Assembly: GCA_963745025.1 (NCBI GenBank)
Contig: CAVUWD010000019.1
Coordinates: forward strand, 1-64,000
DNA from: an uncultured delta proteobacterium
GTDB taxonomy: Bacteria > Desulfobacterota > Binatia > JACPRU01
Length of the DNA stretch: 64,000 bases
Direction: 5' to 3'
Below the pieces are notes generated by a model. That model was given only the letters and a program-made list of their open reading frames with translations. It was not told where the DNA came from and did not search any database. A program made the position numbers and the translations under genes. Positions 22,388 to 31,772 of the stretch are shown here, in pieces. The stretch's first letter is position 1. Each line of letters starts with the position of its first letter.

Positions 22388-23239
22388 TCAGCTCGCGCTC
22401 GTCGCGGGCAACGCACCGGCCTCACGGGGCGGCGGGAACGTCGCCGGCAGGCCCGGCGCCTCGACCTGGAACAGCACGTGGCCCCGGGCGATCCCACGGA
22501 GCCGGAACGGGCCCAGCTCGCGGAATCTCACCCCGGCCGGCGCGGCGCCGTCCATCGCCTCGTGCGCCTGATCGGAGATCAGGATCTGTCCGCCGTGAGC
22601 GGCCGAGCAGATGCGATTCGCCGTGTGCACGGGGAGGCCGACGTAGCTCCCCTCGGTGAGTTTCAGCGTACCGCTGTGGATGCCGGCGCGAACGAGGACC
22701 TTGATGCCGCCCGGCCACCTCCGTTCGCGGAGCGTCCGCTGGATCGCGAGCGCGGCCTGCACCGCATCGGAGGCCCGAGGGAAGGCCGCGAAGAACTCGT
22801 CGGCCCGCGCGTCGACCTCCGCGCCTCCCGCGGAGCCGACGGCATCCCGCATCAAGGACCGCACGTCGTTGAGGATGTCGATGTAGCCGTCTCCGAGCAT
22901 CTCCAGGAGTCCCGTGGAGGCCTCGATGTCGGTGAACAGGAGCGTGACGAGGCCGGTCGGGAGTTTCGGCGTCTTCGCCGACGATCCCGCTCGGGGCCGC
23001 ATTTGCCGCGTCATGAAACCGATCGGGACGATGCCGTACTTCCGCGCCGCGAGGAGGAGTCTCTTGAACGCCTCCGCGCGGGCGTCGTCGTCCTCGAACT
23101 GCACCTGGTTGAACCGGGCGAGCGCTGCCCGCACGTGGCCCTCATCGTTGATGGGCAGACGCCGGCTCCCCTTCCGATCGATGTACGCGAACGCACGGTC
23201 GGGAAGCTCCCTTCGCTCTCTCGCACTTAGCGTGGGCAT
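22388..23239 (-). CDS. Class III adenylate/guanylate cyclase fused to an N-terminal DUF6582-like domain
   Basis: LPDRAFAY...RRLPINDEGHVRAALARFNQ, then TLLFTDIEAST, ADEFFAAF, RAGIHSG, ANRICSAAHGGQILIS; AGGAG RBS. Confidence 0.85.
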   Translation of the reverse strand: MPTLSARERRELPDRAFAYIDRKGSRRLPINDEGHVRAALARFNQVQFEDDDARAEAFKRLLLAARKYGIVPIGFMTRQMRPRAGSSAKTPKLPTGLVTLLFTDIEASTGLLEMLGDGYIDILNDVRSLMRDAVGSAGGAEVDARADEFFAAFPRASDAVQAALAIQRTLRERRWPGGIKVLVRAGIHSGTLKLTEGSYVGLPVHTANRICSAAHGGQILISDQAHEAMDGAAPAGVRFRELGPFRLRGIARGHVLFQVEAPGLPATFPPPREAGALPATSAS

Positions 23240-23337
23240 GCGTGCTCCTGGTTTCGTCGCGACCGAACACGGTATGCGACGCTGTACACGAACAACGAGA
23301 AGCTGCGAGACGTGCTCGCAACCCCTCGTCTTTTCTA

Positions 23338-23375
23338 CTCCCTGGGCCGGACTCGAACCAGCGACCATCCGGTTA
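23338..23375 (-). other. 3' half of a tRNA (Asn-like), att-site remnant
   Basis: Reverse strand TAACCGGATGGTCGCTGGTTCGAGTCCGGCCCAGGGAG = anticodon 3' arm, T-arm, acceptor 3' strand, G discriminator; no 5' half. Confidence 0.75.
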
Positions 23376-23504
23376 TCGTGTCGTTCTCGGTTGAAGCCGG
23401 CACTGTGACGTGGGCGGGCCGCATGGTCGCGGGCAGAGGGCCTTGCGCGATCCGGATACGCTGCCCCCGCTTCAGCCCCATTACTCTCCCGGCACCCGGC
23501 GACC

Positions 23505-23738
23505 TGTGCCATCGTGACCTGCCCGCCGTACGAGCTCCTGGCGAAGATCCACAACCGGATGCCCGTGATCTTGCCGCCTGGTGCGTGCGATCGGTGGCTG
23601 GATCCCATGGCGGGCGAGACTGAGCTGCGCGGGCTCCTCGTCCCCCTTCCCGCGGAGGACTTGGATGCCTACGAGGTCTCCACGCTCGTCAACTCGCCGC
23701 GCAACGATTCGCCGGAGTGCGTGAGGCCGATCGGGTAG
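23505..23738 (+). pseudogene. C-terminal fragment of SOS-response-associated peptidase (SRAP/YedK)
   Basis: IHNRMPVIL, WLDP, VSTLVNSPRNDSPEC. Confidence 0.88.
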
Positions 23739-23916
23739 ACGCACGCCGCCGCAACACCCCAAGGCAGCTCCGCTTCATCGATCGCTTCCGAGATCGTCAC
23801 GCTCTCGAGCAGGACAGACCATCTTCATCGATACCCTCGTGGTCGCTATGCTCCTGCCGTAGCCGCAGAGGAGGAAATAGAACCTGCACTTATCCGCACA
23901 CGCCCGTGCCCTGGGT

Positions 23917-24381
23917 GTGAAGTCAATCGCCGTACTGGAAGCCTCAAAAGGCCTCCTGGTGCTCCTGGTCGGCTTCGGGTTGCTGCGGCTGCTCCATCAT
24001 GACCTACAGAAGATCGCCGAAGAAATCGTGCGCTGGGGTCACCTGAATCCGGCGCGGCACTACCCTCGCATTTTCGTTGAAGCCGCGTCGCGGACCAGCG
24101 ATGCGCGCCTCAAGACACTCGCGGCGCTGGCGTTCGTCTATTCCATCGTCCGGTTCGTTGAAGCGTATGGGCTGTGGCACATACGCGGGTGGGCGGAGTG
24201 GTTCGCGATCATTTCCGGGGCGATTTACGTACCGCTCGAGATCTTCGAGATTGCCAGGCGTGCTACTGCGTTCCGAGCAGTAGTGCTGCTGCTGAATGTC
24301 GCGATCGTGGCGTACCTGCTCTACGTGCGGCTCACTGAGACCGAACAGCTGTCGCAACCGCAACGGCGCGAGAGCACCTGA
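23917..24381 (+). CDS. DUF2127 membrane protein
   Basis: IAVLEASKG, EAYGLW, WAEWFAII, YVPLEIFE, NVAIVAYL. Confidence 0.88.
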   Translation: MKSIAVLEASKGLLVLLVGFGLLRLLHHDLQKIAEEIVRWGHLNPARHYPRIFVEAASRTSDARLKTLAALAFVYSIVRFVEAYGLWHIRGWAEWFAIISGAIYVPLEIFEIARRATAFRAVVLLLNVAIVAYLLYVRLTETEQLSQPQRREST

Positions 24382-24505
24382 CATCTACACGTCCTTGCTT
24401 CTCGGATACGTCAGCCCATCTTCATCGACATGCTCGTGGTGGCTGGTCCTCTATGGTCGCGCCGCCGCCGGCCAATCCCTAAGCGCGGTGAAGCCCGCTC
24501 TCGCC

Positions 24506-25198
24506 TCAGCGTGACGCGATCACCACGTGCTCCTGAGCGAGGAAGAATCGCAGCAGGTGCATGTCGAACATCTTCGGGCCGTCGGTTTGCAACTCCTTAC
24601 CTGCGGGTGTGTCGAAGGCCGCGGCGAGTCCCGCGGCGCTGTCGAACCAGAGCTGCGCGACACCATCGTGGCGCGGCTCGGCGTAGAGGTAGGCTTCATC
24701 GATCAGGTGCGATTGGACGTAGCGCCGAACCCCCGGCAGCTCGATCGCCAGCGCGCCGTGGACGTCGATCCAGTACTTGCGAAAGTCCGCAAGCGCCATC
24801 CCGGGCTTCCGCTTGAGCTGCCAAACGCCCTTCACCAAGCTGCCGCCGGTCGGGCCGTCCAGGATGACGTGGTCCTCCGTGACCATCCATTCGACGCGGG
24901 TCAGATCGATGAAGTTGAGCTCGTCTGCCAGAGCTCCCTCGAGGTACTCCGAGCTCTCGCGCAGAGCTGCGAACGCATCGAGCCCTTCGAGGAGCACTTC
25001 CGCGACTCGGTCGTAGGGCGATACGTGTTCATCGTAGGCCGAGTTACTTCGAGCCGTGTCGATGCGATGGCTCTGCACGTAGCGGCGCAACTGTGGAATC
25101 TTCACGACGATCGGGGCGTGGACTTCGCGCCAGTAGCGGTGGAACGCGACCTCGTCCATCTCGGGTTTGCGGGTGATGAAGTAGTGAACGTGAATCAT
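24506..25198 (-). CDS. Tandem EthD-domain protein
   Basis: Two repeats of RKPxM...F..YW..VH...P.xRRYVQSH...D.VA. Confidence 0.88.
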   Translation of the reverse strand: MIHVHYFITRKPEMDEVAFHRYWREVHAPIVVKIPQLRRYVQSHRIDTARSNSAYDEHVSPYDRVAEVLLEGLDAFAALRESSEYLEGALADELNFIDLTRVEWMVTEDHVILDGPTGGSLVKGVWQLKRKPGMALADFRKYWIDVHGALAIELPGVRRYVQSHLIDEAYLYAEPRHDGVAQLWFDSAAGLAAAFDTPAGKELQTDGPKMFDMHLLRFFLAQEHVVIASR

Positions 25199-25399
25199 CG
25201 TTGAGCCCTCCTGGCTGCGTTCCTGCAGCGGCAGACTAGGGTCGCGCAACGCATCGGCGCAAGCATTTTTAGACGCGCGCCGGATCGGCAGGGGCCGATC
25301 GTCTCGCCACGGATGCGCGGGGGCCGGTGATCGCCTGCACGTCGGCCCGCGCACCATCCCGAACCGGGGATGGGGGACCAGGTCGACGAGGCTGTAGCC

Positions 25400-25473
25400 C
25401 TCGGCGATTCGAGCGTCGCGTCGTCGTAAAGCGTGCCGCCGAAATCGAACAACACGGCGCGCAGGTGAGTCAC
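25400..25473 (-). pseudogene. N-terminal stub of a HAD-family hydrolase
   Basis: GTG start, LRAVLFDFGGTLYD (HAD motif I), then lost. Confidence 0.55.
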
Positions 25474-25535
25474 TGGGGAGTCCTCCGTCTCGGCGGCGCG
25501 GGCCGAGCGGTGCACGTGCACCAAAGGGCCCGCGG

Positions 25536-25973
25536 TCAGAACGCCATCTTCGTGTAGTCGACGCTCAACCAGCGCTCCGGCGTCACCGTGACCAGCAGAT
25601 AGGCCGCGCGTTCGTTGGCCGTCGCCTGCAGGTACATGTCGCCCATCTGTTCGCCGAGATAGCGGTACGCCATGCTGCGGATGTCGCGCTCGAAGTCGGG
25701 TTCTCCGAAGATCGCACGCCCCTCGACGCTGACGTACTTGTACGGTGGTGTCTCGGTTTGCACGCAGACGCTGACGCGTCCGGCGCGCCGAAGAAGTTGC
25801 GCCTTGCGTGATCCGCCCGCCGTCACGAAGCGGATAGGCCCGCCCGGCGTGTAGCTGTACCACACCGGCACGGTGAGCGGGCCGCGGTCGGAGGTGTCGG
25901 CGATGCCGATGATCGCCACGCGGGTGTCCGCCAGGAATGCTTCCCGTTCCGCCTTCCTCATTGCTAGCGACAT
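25536..25973 (-). CDS. Pyridoxamine 5'-phosphate oxidase-like (PPOX/F420-binding) protein
   Basis: EREAFLA, PLTVPVWY, SRKA, PPYKYVSVEG, SVDY. Confidence 0.88.
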   Translation of the reverse strand: MSLAMRKAEREAFLADTRVAIIGIADTSDRGPLTVPVWYSYTPGGPIRFVTAGGSRKAQLLRRAGRVSVCVQTETPPYKYVSVEGRAIFGEPDFERDIRSMAYRYLGEQMGDMYLQATANERAAYLLVTVTPERWLSVDYTKMAF

Positions 25974-26075
25974 GGTCCCTCCTGTGTCGTCGTGTCAGCG
26001 GCCGCGCGAGAAGCACGGTACGCGTCTCCCACCAGCGTCGGCGGTCGGTCGAAGGGCTGTGTCCGGGTGCCTGGG

Positions 26076-26200
26076 GTTGTTGCAGTCGCGGAGGAAGAGC
26101 GCACCGGGGAGCTGCTCACTACGGCGAGATCCCGATTCGATCTACGATCGTTGATGCGCTGATCCGGAAGCTCGGTGGGCGGGGCCGAGCACTACGGGAA
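26076..26200 (+). mobile_element. IS110-family transposase internal fragment
   Basis: VAVAEEERTGE / HYGEIP...VDALIRKLG...LR (frameshifted), the segment that follows the first catalytic Asp in IS110 transposases. Confidence 0.55.
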
Positions 26201-26356
26201 GTCGCTTGCAACGATTGGCTCCCCACGCGCCACTTCCCATCATGGCCCGGAGCGCGAGCGCTCCAACAAGAGGCCGGAGATACGACTGCAGTCAGAACTC
26301 TCCGTCATCGCCCCGCTCTCGATTCGCTCTTCCGGGAGGAGTCCAGATACGCCCTG

Positions 26357-26743
26357 TTAGCCAGCGCGGCGCCCTGTGCCGAGGCTATAGGCGATGAAGG
26401 CTCCGAGCAGCACGACAGCGCCAGCCCATACACGCATTACGTTCGCGCCTTCCGCCAAGTACCAGTCGAGGATGGCGTTGGCGCGCTCTGAACCGATGAA
26501 GGGGGTGAAGATGCCTCCCACGACGATCAAAAGGCCGAGAATCCGGAGAGTCCGAGGTGTGCGTGACTCGGATGCAGCAACGAAGAGGCCCAGGCCGATC
26601 GCGACGCGAAGGGCACCCACGACGTAAAGCCCGGATGGAGTGAGTAGATATCGAGCAGCCGATAGGACTCCCGCCGGAGCCACAGCAACGGCCGCCCCGA
26701 CCGAGACAAAGAAGAGAGCAATCAGAAATCCCAGGAACTTCAT
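26357..26743 (-). CDS. Four-TM hypothetical membrane protein
   Basis: 128-aa hydrophobic ORF with GAGGAG RBS. Confidence 0.8.
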   Translation of the reverse strand: MKFLGFLIALFFVSVGAAVAVAPAGVLSAARYLLTPSGLYVVGALRVAIGLGLFVAASESRTPRTLRILGLLIVVGGIFTPFIGSERANAILDWYLAEGANVMRVWAGAVVLLGAFIAYSLGTGRRAG

Positions 26744-26794
26744 CCTCTCCTCGCGCTGCCTAGACAGAATGGCTGTCGGCTGAAGTGAGAGGAC

Positions 26795-26947
26795 CTGCCT
26801 CTTGCAGGCCGTGGGCTATGTTCGCGCTTGGACGAACCGGCTCTCGAGCACAGAGCCACAGTGCAAGAAGGCAGCTCCATGGCAAAGCGTAGCACGACGG
26901 CGGGACTCGATGTCCACAAGGAATCGATCGACGTGTCGATCGTGTAG
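26795..26947 (+). mobile_element. IS110-family left end and first 22 codons of the transposase
   Basis: ATG 26879: MAKRSTTAGLDVHKESIDVSIV* (GLDVHK DEDD motif I); non-coding leader upstream. Confidence 0.7.
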
Positions 26948-27055
26948 AGCGGGTCGGCGCGGCGCTGGGAGAGCGGTTGGAGTCGGAGGCGAGGGGTCTC
27001 GAGGATCGCGACGGCCATGCCGAGCTTGCACTTCTGCAGGGCCATCGCAGCGCGC

Positions 27056-27328
27056 TCAGTACTCGGCGAAGGCATCGTCGGGATAGCAGTACAGCCACCG
27101 CTCGCCGGGCTCGGCTGAGGCGATCACCGGGTGACCGCTGGCGCCTGCGTGCTTGCTGGCGTGCCGGTTCGGCGAGCTGTCGCAGCAGCGCGTGCCGCCG
27201 CACTCCTGACAGGTCCTGAGGTGTACCCAGCGGGAGCCGATGCGAACGCACTCCTCGCACTCGCGCCGATCGGCGTGCTTCACGGTTTCGATCGCCTCGA
27301 GGTGGGTGCAGGTCGGATCGGGCATCAT
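27056..27328 (-). CDS. UBP-type zinc-finger protein
   Basis: CTHL, CEEC, WVHLRTCQECG, CCDSSPNRHASKH, EPGERWLYCY. Confidence 0.92.
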   Translation of the reverse strand: MMPDPTCTHLEAIETVKHADRRECEECVRIGSRWVHLRTCQECGGTRCCDSSPNRHASKHAGASGHPVIASAEPGERWLYCYPDDAFAEY

Positions 27329-28299
27329 CTCTCTCCTTGCGCCGCGAGCGCGCGCACGACGCCGGGGACGCCCATGGGACACTCGAGCGCCTGGCGGTCC
27401 CAGCCGCCGAGGCCGGCGGCCGCGTCGTAGGTACTCTGCAGGAACGCGAGCAGCACGTCGTCGGGCGAGGCCGCGGTGCGCACCGCGTCGTAGGGAAGGA
27501 TGAACTCGCGCAGCTCCGGGTGGAAGAAGGCCCCGGTCGGCGCGACCGGCGCCGCGTCATATCCTTCCGGCGCGGGGTACGCGTAGGAGTAGAAGGCCGC
27601 GTGCGCGATCAGCCCGCCGCCGGGCCAGAACCCGGTGCTGCTCACCTCGTGCGAGTACGCCTCGCGGGTCACCGCGTCGGGCAGGCCCGGAACGCCGCCC
27701 GGATGCAGCGGCGCGCGCCGTCCCGAGAACCGCGTCACCGCCAGGTCGAAGCTGCCCCAGAACAGGTGGACCGGGCTGACCTTGCCGACGAAGCCGGTGC
27801 GGAAGCGCGCCAGCACGCGGTCGACCTGGACGAGTGCGCGCCAGAAGCGCCGCGCCTGCTCGAGATCGAACGCCCGCGCCGCGTGGTCCTCGCGGAACGG
27901 GACCGGATCGGCCACCTCGTTCGGCACGCCGTGGATGGTCACCGGCAGGTCGAGCTCGGCCAGCTGCGCGAGGAGGGCGTCGTGGAAGCCGGCCACCGGC
28001 CGGGCGACGAGCGGCAGGCGCCGCTCCGCGCCGTCGGTGGTGCGGATCGCGACCGCGCCGCCCACGAGGTCCAGCTCGATCTCGAAGGACCGCGACCCGT
28101 GCGGCACGAGCGAGGTGGTCAGCCCACGCGCGGTGACGTACAGCGTCGCGTGCCACGAGTGGTTGATCCACGGCGTGAGGGCGAGGCGCACCTTGCCGAC
28201 GATCTGACAGTAGAGCTGCAGGGTGGCGCAGGTCTCGCGCCACTCGTCGAAGGGCAGGGCGGGCCAGACCTCGTCCGCGCGGGTTTCGGATGCCGTCAT
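27325..28299 (-). CDS. DUF5996 family protein
   Basis: WPALP, QIVGKVRL, NHSWH, SPVHLFWGSFDLAVTRFSGR, EAYSHE, FYSYAYP, FLQSTY. Confidence 0.9.
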   Translation of the reverse strand: MTASETRADEVWPALPFDEWRETCATLQLYCQIVGKVRLALTPWINHSWHATLYVTARGLTTSLVPHGSRSFEIELDLVGGAVAIRTTDGAERRLPLVARPVAGFHDALLAQLAELDLPVTIHGVPNEVADPVPFREDHAARAFDLEQARRFWRALVQVDRVLARFRTGFVGKVSPVHLFWGSFDLAVTRFSGRRAPLHPGGVPGLPDAVTREAYSHEVSSTGFWPGGGLIAHAAFYSYAYPAPEGYDAAPVAPTGAFFHPELREFILPYDAVRTAASPDDVLLAFLQSTYDAAAGLGGWDRQALECPMGVPGVVRALAAQGER

Positions 28300-28546
28300 C
28301 GATGCTCCTCCGATCGGTCGGGGCGGCAAACCGGCAAGCCCGATCACGGCGAGATGCCGCCTGTGCGGGCGTCATGGTACACCGGTTGCCGCTTGCGGGC
28401 GAGGTCGGAAAACGAGGCCTGCTGCCGCTCTGCTACCACACCAGGACCAACCACCCCGAACCAGGAGCACCTGGCGTCATTCGAAATCCTCGTCCGTTGG
28501 GGGAGTTGGTTGCTCCTGGTTGTTCTCGGTTGGGTCTTGCAGAGAA

Positions 28547-28590
28547 TTCGTAAGCAGCAGGTCGCCGGTTCGATTCCGGCGGGTGGCCCC
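28547..28590 (+). other. 3' half of tRNA-Thr(CGT)-like, att-site remnant
   Basis: TTCGTAA GCAGC AGGTC GCCGG TTCGATT CCGGC GGGTGGC; no D-arm or 5' acceptor strand upstream. Confidence 0.75.
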
Positions 28591-28800
28591 TTCCGAGGGC
28601 CCAGCCGGTGCTCCCCGCATCATTTCCCTATGCGCTGGCGGCCGCGGATCGAGAAGGGGAAGCAGGTAGACGATAGATGGCGACGACGGAGCTACTCTGA
28701 CCTCCAGTTAGTTGCGCTGCCGAGAATCACAGTCCGTCGCGGCGCTCAACCCTGCGCAATCCGTTCGCGAAACGGTGGGCTGCGATGGGAAGCAGGCCAT

Positions 28801-30018
28801 TCAAGCGCGCATGACCCGCCCGAGCGTGGTCCCTTGCACGAGCAGCGAGAACACCACGACCGCGTAGGTGACGGCGATCAGCACCGACCGCGATGGATCC
28901 TCGGGAAGCGAGAGCGCGAGCGCGATCGAGATGCCGCCACGGAGACCGCCCCAGGTGAGGACTCGAACCGAGTTATCGGGCAGCCGCCGTGGCCGGAGTA
29001 GCCGAAACGCGCAGCTCACCGTGAGCCAGCGAGCCAGCAGCGTCAGCGGGATCGCTCCGAGCGCGGCCGCGACGTTGCGAGGGGAGAAGGGGACGATCAG
29101 CACCTCGAGGCCGATCAGAACGAAGAGCACGACGTTGAGGATCTGATCGACGACCTCCCAGAAGACGTCGAGGTGCTCGCGAGTCCGCCCCGACATCGCG
29201 AAGAGCCGCCCTTGGTTTCCGATCAGCAAGCCGGCGACCGCGATGGCGATCATTCCCGAGGTGTGCAGCGCGGATGCGAGCGCATACCCGCCGCTGACGA
29301 GGGCGATCGTCAGCAGGATCTCCAGCTGATACTCGTCCACGGTCTTCAACAAGCGATAGGTGATCCAACCAGCCGCCAGACCGAGCGCGACTCCGCCGAC
29401 CATCTCCTTCAGGAAAATCAGCGCCACGCCGCCGACCGTCGGCGCCGCGCCGGTCGCGATCTCGGTGAGCGTCAGGAACACGACCACGCCGACGCCGTCG
29501 TTGAACAACGACTCGCCGGCCACCGTGACCTCCAGGCTCTTCGGTACCCCGACGATCTTCAGGAGTCCGAGAACGGCGATCGGATCGGTCGGGGAGATCA
29601 GCGCGCCGAAGAGGAGGGCATGCACCCAGTCGATCTCAATGCCGAGGGCGCGGAAAAGGCAAAAGGTGAAGCCACCGACGAGAAACGTCGAGCCGACGAC
29701 CCCGAGCGTGGCGAGCGTCGCCACTTCGAGCCCCTGCAAGGCAAGCTCGTTCAGCTCGATGTGGAGCGCCCCGGCGAACAGCAAGTAGCCGACCAGACCG
29801 AACATCAGTGTGTGCTCGAAGTGCACGCCGGCCAGAAGGTGGTCGGCCTTGTCCCGCAGGGGAATCCCGAGCGCCTCGGCGATGATCAGCAGCAGCGAGG
29901 CCATGAGGGCGACCAGCATCACGCCGATGGTGGTCGGCAGCCCGACGAAGCGATAGTTCAGGTAGCTGAAAAGCCCCGCCAGCGTGAGCACGATCGCGAT
30001 CAGGTTCCAGAGGCTCAT
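28801..30018 (-). CDS. CPA1 (NhaP-type) sodium:proton antiporter
   Basis: LLFAGAL, ISPTDPIAV, GESLFNDG, TWGGLRGGISIALAL. Confidence 0.93.
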   Translation of the reverse strand: MSLWNLIAIVLTLAGLFSYLNYRFVGLPTTIGVMLVALMASLLLIIAEALGIPLRDKADHLLAGVHFEHTLMFGLVGYLLFAGALHIELNELALQGLEVATLATLGVVGSTFLVGGFTFCLFRALGIEIDWVHALLFGALISPTDPIAVLGLLKIVGVPKSLEVTVAGESLFNDGVGVVVFLTLTEIATGAAPTVGGVALIFLKEMVGGVALGLAAGWITYRLLKTVDEYQLEILLTIALVSGGYALASALHTSGMIAIAVAGLLIGNQGRLFAMSGRTREHLDVFWEVVDQILNVVLFVLIGLEVLIVPFSPRNVAAALGAIPLTLLARWLTVSCAFRLLRPRRLPDNSVRVLTWGGLRGGISIALALSLPEDPSRSVLIAVTYAVVVFSLLVQGTTLGRVMRA

Positions 30019-30268
30019 TTGGGCGGTCGGATCAGATTGCTACGTGGCGGAAGTGCCGCGGTTGCCGAATCTCTCGAGCGTCACGGGCGCGAGCCCGAGT
30101 TTCTGCAAGATCGACATCGGCAGAAGGAATTGTGCCGCCGCACCGCGGAGGCGTCCCCTTGATAGTCGTTTCGGGAAGTGGCCGCCAGAGCGCGGTCCCG
30201 CACGTCGCTTGATCGCCGACATGCCCGAGCATATGGTGCCTCTTCGTCTTGGCGAGAGGAGGAGACTC

Positions 30269-30823
30269 ATGAGTCGGATCTTCGGAGAAATGCGTCAAAT
30301 CGCGTTCGTCGTGCGGGACCTCGACAAGGCGCTTCGCTACTGGACCGAGACGCTCGGCGTCGGCCCATTCTACTTGATGCGCGATCTCGTGCCGGAGAGC
30401 TACCGCTACCGCGGGAAGCCGGCACCAGCACCGCGGATCACGCTGGCCCTCGGCTATTCCGGCGAGTTCCAGGTCGAGCTCATCCAGCAGCACGACGATC
30501 GGCCGAGCGCCTATCGCGACTATCTCGAATCCGGCCGCGAGGGCTTCCAGCACGTCTCGTCGTGGATGACCCGCGCCGAGTACGACCCGGCGGTTGCCGC
30601 CATCCTCCGCTCGGGCGTGGAGCTGGCGCACGAGGGCGCGATCCCGGGAAGCGGCATCCGCTTCGTGTACTTCGCGACCGACTCCGCCCCGGGCGGCCTC
30701 GTCTACGAGATCTCGGAGGCGAAGGAGCCGCCGATCTACGAGATCATGATGATGATCCGCGACGCGGCGCGCAGCTGGGACGGCCGGAATCCGATTCGCG
30801 ACTTCCCGTCGCCGAGCCGATAG
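30269..30823 (+). CDS. VOC/glyoxalase family protein
   Basis: QIAFVVRDLDKA, LGVGPF, VELIQ, GFQHV. Confidence 0.88.
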   Translation: MSRIFGEMRQIAFVVRDLDKALRYWTETLGVGPFYLMRDLVPESYRYRGKPAPAPRITLALGYSGEFQVELIQQHDDRPSAYRDYLESGREGFQHVSSWMTRAEYDPAVAAILRSGVELAHEGAIPGSGIRFVYFATDSAPGGLVYEISEAKEPPIYEIMMMIRDAARSWDGRNPIRDFPSPSR

Positions 30824-30974
30824 GGCCTTGGCCCTGAGCCGCCGCGGCCGCGCTGCGAGCGTTGGCTCACCGCATTCGCCCGAACGTACGCGACCGCGTG
30901 CGCGCTTCGCGAGTCGCTGCGCAGCAGCGGGATCGATCACCCGTCCGAGCGCATCTCTTTCCCCGTGAGCGCGC

Positions 30975-31772
30975 TCAGCCGCGGCGACTCGGCGATCCCT
31001 TCGGCGTGAACATCGACCCTGCCATCCGCGCGAGCACGCTGCGCGGTGTAAGCCGTGTCGAGCCGATCAGCGCCTTGTTCATCCAGCCCGGGACGAGCGT
31101 GCGCTTGCCGCTTTTCGCCGCCGCGATTGCCTGCCGCACGACTGCCTTTGCGCTCATGTAGGTAAACTTCGGAACGTTCTCGCCCACCTCTGCGACTTGC
31201 TGGAACTCGGTCTTCGTCGCACCCGGGCAAAGCGCGAGCACGCGGACGCCCGTGCCGGCGAGCTCGGCGGCGAGTGCCTCCGAGAAGCTCAAAACGAACG
31301 CCTTGGTCGCGCTGTAGGTGGCCATGTAGGGCGTCGGTACCCAGGAGCCAACCGAGCCGAGGTTGACGATGTGCCCGGAGCGGCGCTCGACCATGCCAGG
31401 CAGGCAAAGACGCGTGAGCGCGACCAGCGCGGCGACGTTGAGCTGGATCTCCTCGATCTCACGCGCGAGCGGCAGGCTCGCGAAAAAACCGTTGGTGCCG
31501 AAGCCCGCATTGTTCACCAGCCAATCGAGCGTGATGCCGTGGATCTGCACCTCCTGCCAGACCTCGAGCGGCGCTTCCGGACGACTCAGATCCTTGACGA
31601 TGACACGACAACCTACCGATGCCTCGCTCTCGATCTCCGCGCGGATCTCCTCGAGCCGATCGGCGCGCCGCGCGACCAGCACCACGTTCATACCTTCGCG
31701 TGCGAGCTGGCGCGCGAACTCGGCGCCGATCCCGCTCGAGGCGCCGGTGATCAGTGCGGTGCCTTGGCTCAT
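30975..31772 (-). CDS. Short-chain dehydrogenase/reductase
   Basis: TGASSGIG, NNAG, YSATK. Confidence 0.93.
   Translation of the reverse strand: MSQGTALITGASSGIGAEFARQLAREGMNVVLVARRADRLEEIRAEIESEASVGCRVIVKDLSRPEAPLEVWQEVQIHGITLDWLVNNAGFGTNGFFASLPLAREIEEIQLNVAALVALTRLCLPGMVERRSGHIVNLGSVGSWVPTPYMATYSATKAFVLSFSEALAAELAGTGVRVLALCPGATKTEFQQVAEVGENVPKFTYMSAKAVVRQAIAAAKSGKRTLVPGWMNKALIGSTRLTPRSVLARMAGSMFTPKGSPSRRG

Noticed and set aside
23338-28590. One island bounded by the two tRNA fragments
   Set aside because: The fragments come from different tRNAs and face opposite directions, so they cannot be an attL/attR pair.
27337-29001. Long 554-aa ORF and similar long antisense ORFs (e.g. 34309-35820, 57930-59612, 61182-62624)
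   Set aside because: Shadow ORFs opposite recognisable genes in high-GC DNA; Arg/Gly/Ala-rich with no motifs.
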